Shown in pieces: positions 40,996 to 50,404 of a stretch of DNA of 64,000 nt; position 1 is the first letter of the stretch; each line of letters opens with the position of its first letter. This DNA comes from an uncultured Nitrososphaerota archaeon. Lineage in GTDB: Archaea; Thermoproteota; Nitrososphaeria; Conexivisphaerales; DTJL01. The notes beneath the pieces are model-generated. The model saw only the letters and a program-made list of their open reading frames with translations, was not told where the DNA came from and ran no database searches. The DNA lies in assembly GCA_963842885.1 (NCBI GenBank), contig CAWJIE010000003.1, forward strand, positions 512,459 through 576,458, in the 5' to 3' direction. Made by a program: the position numbers and the translations under genes.

Positions 40996-41087
40996 TACAG
41001 GGACGACAGGAACGAACATCGCCACCATGAACACCGCCACGGCTGCGGTTGTCCCAGCGATGAAGACCTTCCTTGACCTGTTCAACC
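40996..41087 (-). repeat. 5' fragment of gene 34718-34978 (92-bp diverged direct repeat of 34889-34980)
   Basis: LNRSRKVFIAGTTAAVAVFMVAMFVPV versus LNRLRKALIAGTAVVVAVLVVAIFFPV. Confidence 0.85.
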
Positions 41088-41323
41088 CACGCCTACGTTT
41101 GAACTAGCGCTTCCTTCCATTCACCCCTTGTAGGCACCCATGGCCCTCGAGTCCAGAAGGCTCTAAAGCCAGAAGGTGAGGAGGCCCCTGTTTTCGCCAC
41201 AATTTTGGATGCCTGTTGCTATTGAAAACAGTTATGATATCCTTTGTCAGTCGGTGGCGATGGAATCTTGTAGCTCCCTGGAAGGAAAGGGCTATGTAGT
41301 TCGCCGACGATTCTTTCAATGCG

Positions 41324-41888
41324 TTGAAGGGGATCATATTCAAGTACGATGCTAACCCTTCAAGATGGAGCGACCTCAGAGACGGTGCTGACAATGGGTG
41401 CGGGCTAGAGGACCCCGACTTTTCAACGAACGGTTTCCCCGTTTGGGCGATATGTGGGCCCTATGCCAGGAAGGGGGTCAAGCCGGGCGACACCCTCTTC
41501 TTCGTCCCGAAGATGAAAGGGCTCCGTGAAGCGGGACTTGGTGACAGGGGGTACTTCTGCACAGGCATTCTCTGCGTTGCCGAGATAGTCGGTGATGAGC
41601 AGACCCTGCAAAGGGACAACAGGTTCTCGGAGGCATACAAGAGGAAATACACTAGCAGCCTGAAAGATTCATCTCATGGGCGACAAGGAGAGAACCAAGG
41701 GCATCAGGCCCTACGGGATCGTCGTTGGGGATCCGGGAAGCTCGAGATGGTTAGGCCGAGAAGGTTACTCAAAGGCCCACGCATTCAGGGAGGTTGGTTT
41801 GACTCATGAAGACTTGTCTGCAAGAAGGGTGTCGTACTTGGGTCCTGAACAAGCTGCTCGACTCTACAAGCTGCTCCTTGGTTCTTAG
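41324..41888 (+). CDS. Nucleotide-modification-associated (Nmad-like) protein, frameshift ~41663
   Basis: EDPDF...WAICGPYARKGVKPGDTLFF; removing one A from ctgaaagatt joins ORFs 41324 and 41676. Confidence 0.5.
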
Positions 41889-42030
41889 CCGTCCCTTGTT
41901 GGTCATTCGCTTCCCCCGCTGCCTTTGTTCCTGCTCGTTCTCCCCTAGGTCAGTATGACTGAGCCTATGTTGTCGAAGGAAATCTCGTCAGCGTAGCTCT
42001 GTCCAGCCTCCTTCACAAATGCGGTCGGCT

Positions 42031-42519
42031 CTAGCTCTTTTGCCCACTGGTTGCTGGTTGGTCTCCGCTGCCCCCAGGCTCGCCCTTGGGCTTGGGTTTC
42101 TTGATGACCATCTTGACTTTTGCCTCCACCATGGGGTGCGCCTGGGACTGGGACAGCTTCAGCTGATAGGTCCCGGCGACATCAACGGGGTACACGAAGT
42201 GCGGCTTGGGGTCTGGCGGAGTGCTAAGGACGGGCTCATGAACAGCGCCGCTGGGATCCTTCCTGAAGAGCTGCGTGATTAGTCTCACTGCCGACGAGAC
42301 GGACACCTCCAGGACCATCCCGGGCTGAAGCTCCCCCGGCACCCTCATAGTATAGCCGGCCTGCCAAAGTGGAGGACCCGGAGGCACCACTTGCATGAGT
42401 CTCACCGACTGCTCGTAGGCTACTTCCTCGTACTCCACTGGAGCTTCGGCCAATTCCCCCAACCCCTCAGGCTCAGTCGGGCTTGTGAGGAATATTAGGC
42501 TTTCGACGAGCTTGCTCAC
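42031..42519 (-). CDS. Hypothetical protein
   Basis: 162-aa ORF. Confidence 0.6.
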   Translation of the reverse strand: MSKLVESLIFLTSPTEPEGLGELAEAPVEYEEVAYEQSVRLMQVVPPGPPLWQAGYTMRVPGELQPGMVLEVSVSSAVRLITQLFRKDPSGAVHEPVLSTPPDPKPHFVYPVDVAGTYQLKLSQSQAHPMVEAKVKMVIKKPKPKGEPGGSGDQPATSGQKS

Positions 42520-42525
42520 TTCGAC

Positions 42526-42786
42526 CTATGAACAAGCTCGAAGCTTGGTTAGCATCCCTTCTCTTTCGTCGGGATACTTACAATAGAGATACTCCGTCAC
42601 TGCCAGCTCAAGAACGGCGTCGCCCAAATACTCTAATCGCTTGTTACTAACGAGAGTCGTAATCCTCTTGTCGTTTATGTAAGATTGATGAATGAAAGCC
42701 CTTGAAGTCAGACCTTGCATCTTCAGCCTCAATCGCAACGATTTCTGAAGTGCCCGCATCTCGTCATGGCTCAATGTCGCTCCCAA
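42526..42786 (-). pseudogene. rnc: Truncated RNase III domain
   Basis: AFIHQSY...NKRLEYLGDAVLELAVTEYLY...EGMLTKLRA signature; stops before the second half of the domain. Confidence 0.8.
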
Positions 42787-42895
42787 GTGAACCGCCCGAT
42801 CGAATCACAACCGTCCGAGGGTATAATCGTCATTGTCGCCTGTAATGGGTCTGCAAAATAGGGCTGGTAGACGTGGGCTTGGACTTGTGAATAGG

Positions 42896-43002
42896 TTAGA
42901 CTTCTACTGTGTCCCCGTCCTTGGGGTCCGGGGCCTTCTTCAGCTGCTTCGTGACCCAGCCGGAGTTCTCCTCGTTCTTCAGCTCCTTGGCAACCTCGCC
43001 CC
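42896..43002 (-). repeat. Gene B 3' fragment (~107 bp, TAA stop)
   Basis: EVAKELKNEENSGWVTKQLKKAPDPKDGDTVEV*. Confidence 0.92.
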
Positions 43003-43128
43003 CTCTCAGAGGCGCGGCCTGAGGGCATGGCATGTTCGGCTGACGGGACTGTTTACGAGTTAGTGTCCATCGCAGCCGCGGCAGCAAGCTCTCAACGCTT
43101 TAATAGGAAAGAGACCTCAGTTGACATA

Positions 43129-43611
43129 ATGGTCTATTGCAGCAACTGCGGGGCAGAAGTGCAAGCTACGGTGAAGTTCTGCCCGAACTGCGGCAGGCCC
43201 ATGAGCTCCTCGGCACCTCCGCCCCAGCCACAGTCCCCCCCAGCTCAGCCACCAAACCAGCCCTACGAAGGGGGAACCAAGTACTGCCAGCACTGTGGCG
43301 CCGTGATAGCCGCTGCCGCCGAGATATGCCCTAAGTGCGGGGTCCGAGTGATGGAACAGCCACGGGTGGCCGAGCCGCTGAAGAACCCCGGGATCGCCGC
43401 AGTCCTCTCGTTCCTCTTCACGGGTCTGGGGCAGATTTACAACGGGCAGATAGGGAAGGGTGTCTCGTTCATCTTGGTAGGTATCGTGTGTCTAGTCCTA
43501 GTGATAGTATTGATCGGCTTCCTGCTCTACCCGCTGTTCTGGCTCTACAACATCTATGACGCATACACGTCCGCAAAGAGGATCAACGCCGGCACAATGA
43601 GACCTGACTGA
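43129..43611 (+). CDS. Double Zn-ribbon + TM2-domain membrane protein
   Basis: YCSNCG..FCPNCG, YCQHCG..ICPKCG, KNPGIAAVLSFLFTGLGQIYNGQIGKG. Confidence 0.9.
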   Translation: MVYCSNCGAEVQATVKFCPNCGRPMSSSAPPPQPQSPPAQPPNQPYEGGTKYCQHCGAVIAAAAEICPKCGVRVMEQPRVAEPLKNPGIAAVLSFLFTGLGQIYNGQIGKGVSFILVGIVCLVLVIVLIGFLLYPLFWLYNIYDAYTSAKRINAGTMRPD

Positions 43612-43681
43612 CCATACCTGCAGAGGAGCAGGCTGGCGCGGAACGGGAGCGCCCCACCGACCTCGTGACTGGAAGGTTAGG

Positions 43682-44221
43682 TCAGACTTTGGTATAGATG
43701 CCCTCGAGGCAGTACACCGTCAGCTTCCCCGGGACAGGGCATTTTGTTCCCAAATCGCATCTGGGGCAGAGCGACTCGGGCGTTACTTCAAGAGTGCCGC
43801 CATTCGCGTGCAGGGAATAGAGTAGCTTCAGGTACTTCCCTTCGGCTACTCTGGGAAGATCGTCCCGCCTTTCGAGGCCGTACCACTCGTAGAGCCTCTT
43901 GGCTCCCTTGCTCGAGTTGCAACCCTGACAGATCCATATGGCGTTGTCAGGGACGTCCGGGCCGCCGCGAGCCGTGGGCAGTATGTGTTCCAAGGAGAGA
44001 TGCGCCTTGGAACAGCAGTAGACGCAGGAGCCGCTGGCTTCGTGCTCCTTTACATACTCTCTTATGGACGAAGACCAAGCGATGTCACCCGACTGCAGCT
44101 TCTTGAACCGATTCATTATGAACCGGTAATTCTCCTTCCCCTCCCCCGCGGACTCCGAGATGATCTTCGCGTACTGCCAGAAGATCAAGTCCCTGATGGT
44201 CCTGACAGCCGGTGGTGGCAT
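43682..44221 (-). CDS. HNH endonuclease
   Basis: CVYC...EHILPTARGGPD..DNAIWICQGCNSSKG. Confidence 0.88.
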   Translation of the reverse strand: MPPPAVRTIRDLIFWQYAKIISESAGEGKENYRFIMNRFKKLQSGDIAWSSSIREYVKEHEASGSCVYCCSKAHLSLEHILPTARGGPDVPDNAIWICQGCNSSKGAKRLYEWYGLERRDDLPRVAEGKYLKLLYSLHANGGTLEVTPESLCPRCDLGTKCPVPGKLTVYCLEGIYTKV

Positions 44222-44329
44222 GACTACATTGAATGCAGGACCATGGCATAAGGGTTGCACCCGTATGCGAGGGGACCATTCCCTCAAGTAGGCTAGACGA
44301 TCATGGCTTGCATCCTTGTTCTACGTCTG

Positions 44330-44351
44330 CTAGACTTCGACGATATCCTTG
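44330..44351 (-). repeat. Gene B 3' fragment (22 bp)
   Basis: ctagacttcgacgatatccttg (KDIVEV*). Confidence 0.7.
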
Positions 44352-44641
44352 CCGTCGTTACGAAGGAGGTAAACGCAAACTCAACGGTCCGCTTGATAAG
44401 AAAGCAGACCCAAGCCTTGATAGCAACGGCCAAATCATTAATCCAAGCGCTTAGAGAGAAGGTAGAAGAACCGTGGAAGGTCTGAACGGGGAGAGCCTAG
44501 AATATCCCTTCCTACTGGCCCAGCTTGGATGGGCCGCCAGATTCAAACGCTTGTCAGGCGCGATTTCCTTGCTTGAGGCTGAGTCGGCCAGGTTGAAATC
44601 ACAACGAAGCTCTCCGAACATCCACGATTTCGGCCGTTCGG

Positions 44642-45292
44642 CTACGTCTTTGGCAGGAAGCCCTTGAAATAGGAAGTCCCAAGATAGCCGACAAGGAAGC
44701 CCACCACCAAGCCTCCGACGGCATCTTCCACCGCCACACCGAGCTGGACGTCGGTCCGCCTTTGGGATATCATGACCAGGAAGAGCCCTAGTATACCGCT
44801 CACGACAGTATTCCAGCTAAGAGAGAGCGTGTTGACCATCGATCCCATTATGCCACCCACGATGGCGCCGACATAGACCTCGATGGGGGATGCCAGGATG
44901 TCCAGGGTTATGGGCACGCTTTGTGTATGATCTTTTCCCCCTTCCAAGCTGAACATCAGATTGAAGTGGGAAAGTTGGCTTCCAATACCAGGGCATTTGC
45001 GAGACCCTCCCACCCACCATGGCCTGCCCGAGCTTATCGAAATCGAAACTGTCCTAGAGCTCCCTGGCGTAAGCGTGATATGCTTATCGGCTTCCTCAAT
45101 TGGGCCCGGGTTAAGCCCCGGCGGCAGCACCCAACTCCAACTAATCGACTCCGCCTTCTTTTCGAGCGTGTTCGTTATGTTTATGTCAAGCTTGAATTCG
45201 TCGCCACGATGAATGACCTTCGCCGAAGTCGTAACTTCCACGGCGAGCTGGTTCTCCGTGGAACCAGCCACCGCAGCAAGGCGCATCACCAT
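44642..45292 (-). CDS. Hypothetical protein, Ig-like N-terminus + C-terminal TM helices
   Basis: Beta-rich N-terminus, three hydrophobic segments at the C-terminus. Confidence 0.7.
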   Translation of the reverse strand: MVMRLAAVAGSTENQLAVEVTTSAKVIHRGDEFKLDINITNTLEKKAESISWSWVLPPGLNPGPIEEADKHITLTPGSSRTVSISISSGRPWWVGGSRKCPGIGSQLSHFNLMFSLEGGKDHTQSVPITLDILASPIEVYVGAIVGGIMGSMVNTLSLSWNTVVSGILGLFLVMISQRRTDVQLGVAVEDAVGGLVVGFLVGYLGTSYFKGFLPKT

Positions 45293-45529
45293 TTCTCTGT
45301 CTTGAGAGTATACGTAGTTCGATTATTTGAATCTTCGGAAAATAACTAAGAAATCACAAAAAGAAGGCCGTTTTTCCCGAATTGTGGCGCAGACAGCAGA
45401 GAGCACCCTTTTCTACCTTAAATCTGTGTAGAATAGGCCGGACAGGATTCATCCCCGAATGGGTAAGAAAGATGGATTCCACCAATTCATCAAGCGAACA
45501 ATAGGCGCCGTCGGCCTCGATCTTCGCCG

Positions 45530-45560
45530 CTAGACTTCTACGGTGTCCCTGTCCTTGGGG
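45530..45560 (-). repeat. Gene B 3' fragment (31 bp)
   Basis: ctagacttctacggtgtccctgtccttgggg. Confidence 0.88.
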
Positions 45561-45604
45561 CTCAGAAGGCTCAATAGAAGAATTCAGTACGGCTTTCACA
45601 GGCC

Positions 45605-45880
45605 TTGGCCATCTGCGCTGCCTGCGGCAGACATACGAGAGCTTTCACAGCGAGCTCACACGGGTACGTTGTCCGAGAGTGGTTCTGCACGAGCTGCAAG
45701 CTGACTTCATCTCCGAACAACCCATTCTGCATGGTCGTCTACTTGGGAAGGATCATCGCCAGGCCAAGTAAAGGTGGGACATTCAGGTTGCTCGTTGACA
45801 AACCTGTGGAGCAGGCAGGGAGACAGATCTTGGTGAAGCTCGAAGGCAGAGTCATGAAGTTGTTCGAAATCTTGATGTGA
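45605..45880 (+). CDS. Small Zn-finger-like hypothetical protein
   Basis: CAAC...CTSC. Confidence 0.45.
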   Translation: MAICAACGRHTRAFTASSHGYVVREWFCTSCKLTSSPNNPFCMVVYLGRIIARPSKGGTFRLLVDKPVEQAGRQILVKLEGRVMKLFEILM

Positions 45881-45932
45881 ACTAGTAAAAGGGCCGGCTA
45901 GAGACCAAATCGTTTTGCGTGCCCAAGAGCTT

Positions 45933-47030
45933 TCAGACCTGAGACGCCACACCCAAGGACAAGATGAATAGTATGAACTTGATGATTGCGATTCTTCTCT
46001 CGCCCTGAATCCACTCTCCCGTTGTAACATAATCGAACCGTTCCGCGATGCCCACTAAATGTCTCCTCTGGAGGTTACCGACAAGGCGCCCAAAATCATT
46101 AGCATTACGAACTAGGGTAGCCTCAAGGGTTGTAAGCGGAGAGGCCCTCCTTCTTGCAGAAACGATTCTGATGCTTTCCACAGCATAATCAGACGCGGCG
46201 GCGAGTGCCACCCAAGCCAAGAAACGAATCGGCGACAGAAGGCCCAACAGGATAGCGGCGCAGCCCAGCAGGGAGCCGACAAAGAGTGTCTCGACAAGAT
46301 TGGGGGCATTGTAGTACCGGTGAGCCGGAAACAGCGTCGGCAATCTCGAGTCACCGTATGCCCAGCGGGCGAAGCGTTGGTAGCTCCGCTTCCCACCATT
46401 CCACCATGGATGTCTGACTACGGCCCCCGGAACGGTCTTGAATTGCTTCCCGCAGCTCTGAACTATTCGCAAACAGAAGTCGATGTCCTCTCCGCCACCT
46501 CCTTTTGGAAAGTCCTTCGAGAATCGAATGTCACCTACGGCGTCCCTGCGCACCAGTAGATTCGCCGTCACCCCCCAAGCCATTTCGTCTCTGGTCTTGG
46601 CGAGATCGAAGAAAGTCAGAATGTCACTCGATTGAACTCCTTTGGTGAAGGAGTTTGCCGCAGGTGGAAAGACGGTCAGGCCAACGTAACCTGGGACCAG
46701 CGGGTTCTCTTGAATTGCTTTTGTATACAACTCCAGAAGACCGGCCTCGGGCGCGACATCGTCATCCAAGAACAGCACATGGCTTCCGGCTCCTGCCTCG
46801 AATCCGCGGTTCCTCGATTGATGTGCCCCTATGTTCGAAGCATTTCTGATTACTGTCACCACCCCGCTCTGATTCACATCGAGTTCCGGAGTGGGGAGGT
46901 TCGGGGCATCTAATACAAAGAAGTAATTGACGGAGACTCCAGCCGGTGGTCTGATCTGAAGCAGTGCCTCTAAGCAAGTCTCATCGATTCTCAAGGTGGG
47001 TATCACGACGTCAATCGAGGTTGGGATCAT
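45933..47030 (-). CDS. Glycosyltransferase family 2 with C-terminal TM segments
   Basis: DVVIPT, SRNRG, LFLDDDV, GGEDIDFC. Confidence 0.9.
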   Translation of the reverse strand: MIPTSIDVVIPTLRIDETCLEALLQIRPPAGVSVNYFFVLDAPNLPTPELDVNQSGVVTVIRNASNIGAHQSRNRGFEAGAGSHVLFLDDDVAPEAGLLELYTKAIQENPLVPGYVGLTVFPPAANSFTKGVQSSDILTFFDLAKTRDEMAWGVTANLLVRRDAVGDIRFSKDFPKGGGGEDIDFCLRIVQSCGKQFKTVPGAVVRHPWWNGGKRSYQRFARWAYGDSRLPTLFPAHRYYNAPNLVETLFVGSLLGCAAILLGLLSPIRFLAWVALAAASDYAVESIRIVSARRRASPLTTLEATLVRNANDFGRLVGNLQRRHLVGIAERFDYVTTGEWIQGERRIAIIKFILFILSLGVASQV

Positions 47031-47986
47031 GGACTTCTCTTGTTCCATTGGTGAGATAGACTCTGATTACAGAAGCAATGGCTGGCCACGGCACAGGTCT
47101 CTCTGATGTGCTTGAACCGGATTCGTGTACCACGGACAACATCCCTGCCTAGAGGGATTGAAGGAGTCTGAGTGTACACCGAGTCGGCCCAGTAGCAGAC
47201 GCTGAGCCTGCCATCTACGAGGATTGACTGCCGGTCGCCCAGCTGGCAGGCCTTGGGGTCCAATTCTCCTCCCGAGGCCAGTTGGGCAACGTCCGTCCAG
47301 AAGCCTGATGGATTCGTGCGTGGGAGCGTGACATCCCCAACCAGCTGGGCCACCTCCAGCAGGCCGGGAACGTCTCTGTCGGCGAGCAATAGCTCCGGGC
47401 AGTTCCTCCCGGCGTAGCCATCATCGAAGACAGGCTGGAACTTCACCGTGTCGATGCCAAGCTCGGCGGCAAACTCAAGGAGAGCCTTCACCGAATGTCG
47501 ATTTGCAGTGACATGGGTCACGGTGGCATTGATGTCCAATTCAAAAGGCCGAGGGAGGTCGGCGATGGACTGGAGGTTCGCCTTGACTCTATTCAGGAGG
47601 GCAGGTGGTGTCGAACGAGTCCAAGCCGCCTCAGATGGACGGACCGAATCAAGCGAAACTGTGAAACCGGTAGCGCCCCAACTCAGGGCTCTTAGAGCCT
47701 TTTGACCGTCAAGAAGATAGCAGTTGGTGAGAACAACAACTTGATCCACGTTCCGCCCATAGTATAATAAGATCTGTTTCAGCTGGGGATGTAAGAGGGG
47801 TTCGCCTCCGGACAAGACCACGCGGCGCGTCCCCAATGCCGCGAGCGTCTCAGTGGGGATGAGGACATCTTCGAGCGGTAATATCCCATCCGCCTTGTTA
47901 TTCTCGTCTCCCCATCGACAGTACCGACAAGAAGCGTTGCACAGGTAGGAGATGTCCACGACCGTGGTGAGGCCCGCGCTTCTCAA
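47027..47986 (-). CDS. Radical SAM protein with C-terminal Cys cluster
   Basis: CNASCRYC, SGGEPLLH; ATGA-coupled to the GT2 gene. Confidence 0.9.
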   Translation of the reverse strand: MRSAGLTTVVDISYLCNASCRYCRWGDENNKADGILPLEDVLIPTETLAALGTRRVVLSGGEPLLHPQLKQILLYYGRNVDQVVVLTNCYLLDGQKALRALSWGATGFTVSLDSVRPSEAAWTRSTPPALLNRVKANLQSIADLPRPFELDINATVTHVTANRHSVKALLEFAAELGIDTVKFQPVFDDGYAGRNCPELLLADRDVPGLLEVAQLVGDVTLPRTNPSGFWTDVAQLASGGELDPKACQLGDRQSILVDGRLSVCYWADSVYTQTPSIPLGRDVVRGTRIRFKHIRETCAVASHCFCNQSLSHQWNKRSP

Positions 47987-48196
47987 GAGTCACTTCATTC
48001 CTTTGTGCCGGACAACATCAACCTGTTGCCAAGACGGAGATGAATGGTTGAAGTCGCAAATAAGCCTGCCCATAGGACATCCCTGCGACGAGCCTTCACT
48101 GCACAAGTCATGGATGCGCGGCTAACAAGTCTCAAATTACAAACAAGGCCTTCTAGCTCCCATTGAGGCTCTCAACCGTTGCAACGAAATCCGGTG

Positions 48197-48233
48197 GGCC
48201 CTCTTCCACTCTGCCTCGTAGAGCGTGCGCATG
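48197..48233 (-). repeat. Internal fragment of gene B
   Basis: ggccctcttccactctgcctcgtagagcgtgcgcatg. Confidence 0.75.
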
Positions 48234-48236
48234 ATG

Positions 48237-48806
48237 TCATTTCTGCGGGGGCGCCAGCAAGGGACGGAGCTTGGGCAGCTCCCTCCTCAGGACCTGGTAC
48301 CATTCGATGACCGTCCTGGCCTCCTCCCTGACATAGGCGAGGATCGCTTCATAGTTTCGGGATGCATACCATCCGGGGACGTTCCCCCCGCCTCCGGCCT
48401 TCCCCAGGAGCGCTGACCACCCCTTGAAGCCGTTATCGTTGATCATGACGCAGACGTGCTTCAGGTCGATGGTCGGCTTCCCCCTGAAGAGGTGGTCCAT
48501 GCAGTCAATGCCCAGGTACTCCCTCGCCATGCGCGCCAGGAGGAAGTAGTCGTAGCCGTAGATGTTGGCCCCCACTGGCACGAAGTCGAACGGCTTCTCT
48601 TCGGAATAGAACTTCCCCCAGAAGTCGACGAACAATTCCTTCTCGCTCTCGTACTCCCATCGCTTCAGTATGACGAGGTCTCCCTTGGGCTTCCCCGTCC
48701 AGGGTTCGAGCTCCTGGTATTGGATCGTCACCAGGTTGTCCTTCGAGGGGTCCGGACGCCTCCCCTCTTCGCCAGTCGTCTCGGTATCGAAATAGAACTC
48801 CGTCAT
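48237..48806 (-). CDS. RNase H-like / DEDD 3'-5' exonuclease domain protein
   Basis: FYFDTETTG, GANIYGYD, IDLK, ILAYVREE. Confidence 0.78.
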   Translation of the reverse strand: MTEFYFDTETTGEEGRRPDPSKDNLVTIQYQELEPWTGKPKGDLVILKRWEYESEKELFVDFWGKFYSEEKPFDFVPVGANIYGYDYFLLARMAREYLGIDCMDHLFRGKPTIDLKHVCVMINDNGFKGWSALLGKAGGGGNVPGWYASRNYEAILAYVREEARTVIEWYQVLRRELPKLRPLLAPPQK

Positions 48807-48860
48807 ATGTGATATCCATCTTTGTTGGCTATTTAACGCTGAACGGCCGATGGGACTCGT

Positions 48861-49208
48861 CTAGAGAACTAGGCTGAGGATTCCGATGCCGATGATCGCC
48901 AGTATCGCCGCTATGACCAGGAAGATGATCACCGCGATTATGGCTATGGCGAACGCCTTCAGCCATCCGCAGTTGAAGAAGAGCCTTATTAGTGCCAGCC
49001 AGACGATGAGCAAGATGACCGACGCCAGCAGGCCGCCTACGTAGGCGTTGACGATCGCGCCGATGACCGTTCCGAGGACAACTATCCAGATGGCATGCGT
49101 GAATCTCGCTTTTCCCTTCCCTGCCAGTGCCCTTCCGGCCAGCCAGAGCACTGGCGCGACTATGATGGTCCCTACCACGATCTGTATCAGCAACGCTAGA
49201 AAGTTCAT
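48861..49208 (-). CDS. Small membrane protein
   Basis: 115 aa, almost entirely hydrophobic. Confidence 0.75.
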   Translation of the reverse strand: MNFLALLIQIVVGTIIVAPVLWLAGRALAGKGKARFTHAIWIVVLGTVIGAIVNAYVGGLLASVILLIVWLALIRLFFNCGWLKAFAIAIIAVIIFLVIAAILAIIGIGILSLVL

Positions 49209-49302
49209 TTCGCTCGTACTTGTTCCCGATTCGTTGGCCTAGGCTCTTAAGCCTAGCGCGTCAGTGAGGACCTGAGTCTGTCAGACCATCACGACGTCGT
49301 TT

Positions 49303-49354
49303 CATCCTGAAGATGCTGGGCTGCGAGCCGGTGGTGCTGAATCCCATGTATTAG
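49303..49354 (+). repeat. 3'-end fragment of gene A
   Basis: ILKMLGCEPVVLNPMY*. Confidence 0.88.
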
Positions 49355-49488
49355 TCGAGCGATAGTCCGCCTTCCTAACGGTTCTCCCTTCACAGGCTTC
49401 GTCGTTCCATCAAGACCATACCGCGCGCCGCGCTGGGCAAGGATTCCGTTATGTCAGCAAGACTTGTTTAGGTGGGATTCCGGAGCCC

Positions 49489-50340
49489 TTGCTGGGCGAG
49501 CGGCGCGTGGAAAGCAAATCCTTCGGCTGGACGGCAAGGCAGGTGACAGCGCTGGGGATGGGTACCTACTACGACTTCCCGTGGATCATCAAGTCTCGGG
49601 CGGGCGTCGTCGGGGGAGGGGAGGCGAAGGTGGCTGCACTGAGGGCGGGGCTCGATGGCGGCATCCGCCTGATAGACACGGCTGAAGTCTACAACTCCGA
49701 GCCTCTTGTCGCCAGGGCGGTCGACGGATTCCCGAGGGAGGACCTTTTCATCGCCACCAAGGTGATGTTCCTCCACCTGCGGCACGACGCGCTCGTGAAG
49801 TCGCTTGAGAGGAGCCTCAAGAAGCTGAACTTGGGCTACGTCGACCTATATCAGGTCCACCAGCCAAGCCCCTTCGTGCCCATCAAGGAGACCATGTCCG
49901 CGATGGAGGAGATGGTGGATAGGGGCCTCATCAGGTACATAGGCGTCTCCAACTTCTCGCTCAAACAGATGGTCGAGGCGAACGATTCCCTGAAGAAGTA
50001 CCGCCTCGCGTCGACCCAGATGCCCTACCACCTCGCCGATAGGCGGATGGAGAAGGAGATACTTCCCTACTGCAGGAAGGAGAACATGGCACTTCTGGCG
50101 TACTTCCCGCTGGGCCACGGGAAGCTGACCTCCAGCAGGGTATTGTCGAGCATCGGGCAGAAGTACGGCAAGACCGCTCCTCAGGTGGCGCTCAACTGGC
50201 TGCTCTCCCAGGAGAACGTGTTTCCCATCCCCAGGGCCTCAAACAGGGCGCACGTCATGGAGAACATCGGGTCCGTCGGCTGGAGGATGTCGGCCGAAGA
50301 CAGGTCCGAGCTAGAGAACGCCTACCCTCCTCCGGTCTGA
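49489..50340 (+). CDS. Aldo/keto reductase
   Basis: IDTAEVY, IATKV, DLYQVH, IGVSNF, IPRAS. Confidence 0.95.
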   Translation: MLGERRVESKSFGWTARQVTALGMGTYYDFPWIIKSRAGVVGGGEAKVAALRAGLDGGIRLIDTAEVYNSEPLVARAVDGFPREDLFIATKVMFLHLRHDALVKSLERSLKKLNLGYVDLYQVHQPSPFVPIKETMSAMEEMVDRGLIRYIGVSNFSLKQMVEANDSLKKYRLASTQMPYHLADRRMEKEILPYCRKENMALLAYFPLGHGKLTSSRVLSSIGQKYGKTAPQVALNWLLSQENVFPIPRASNRAHVMENIGSVGWRMSAEDRSELENAYPPPV

Positions 50341-50404
50341 CCAGGGGACCTTGTCAGAGACCCTTCTTTCGTGAGCAGAAGAACATCTAGCCGTAGAGGG
50401 AACT

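Noticed and set aside
42516-42527. ctcacttcgacc as a gene B terminus
   Set aside because: Too short, lacks the stop triplet and overlaps a start codon
47027-47986. Radical SAM protein as a viperin
   Set aside because: Lacks recognisable viperin motifs beyond the generic CxxxCxxC and GGEP
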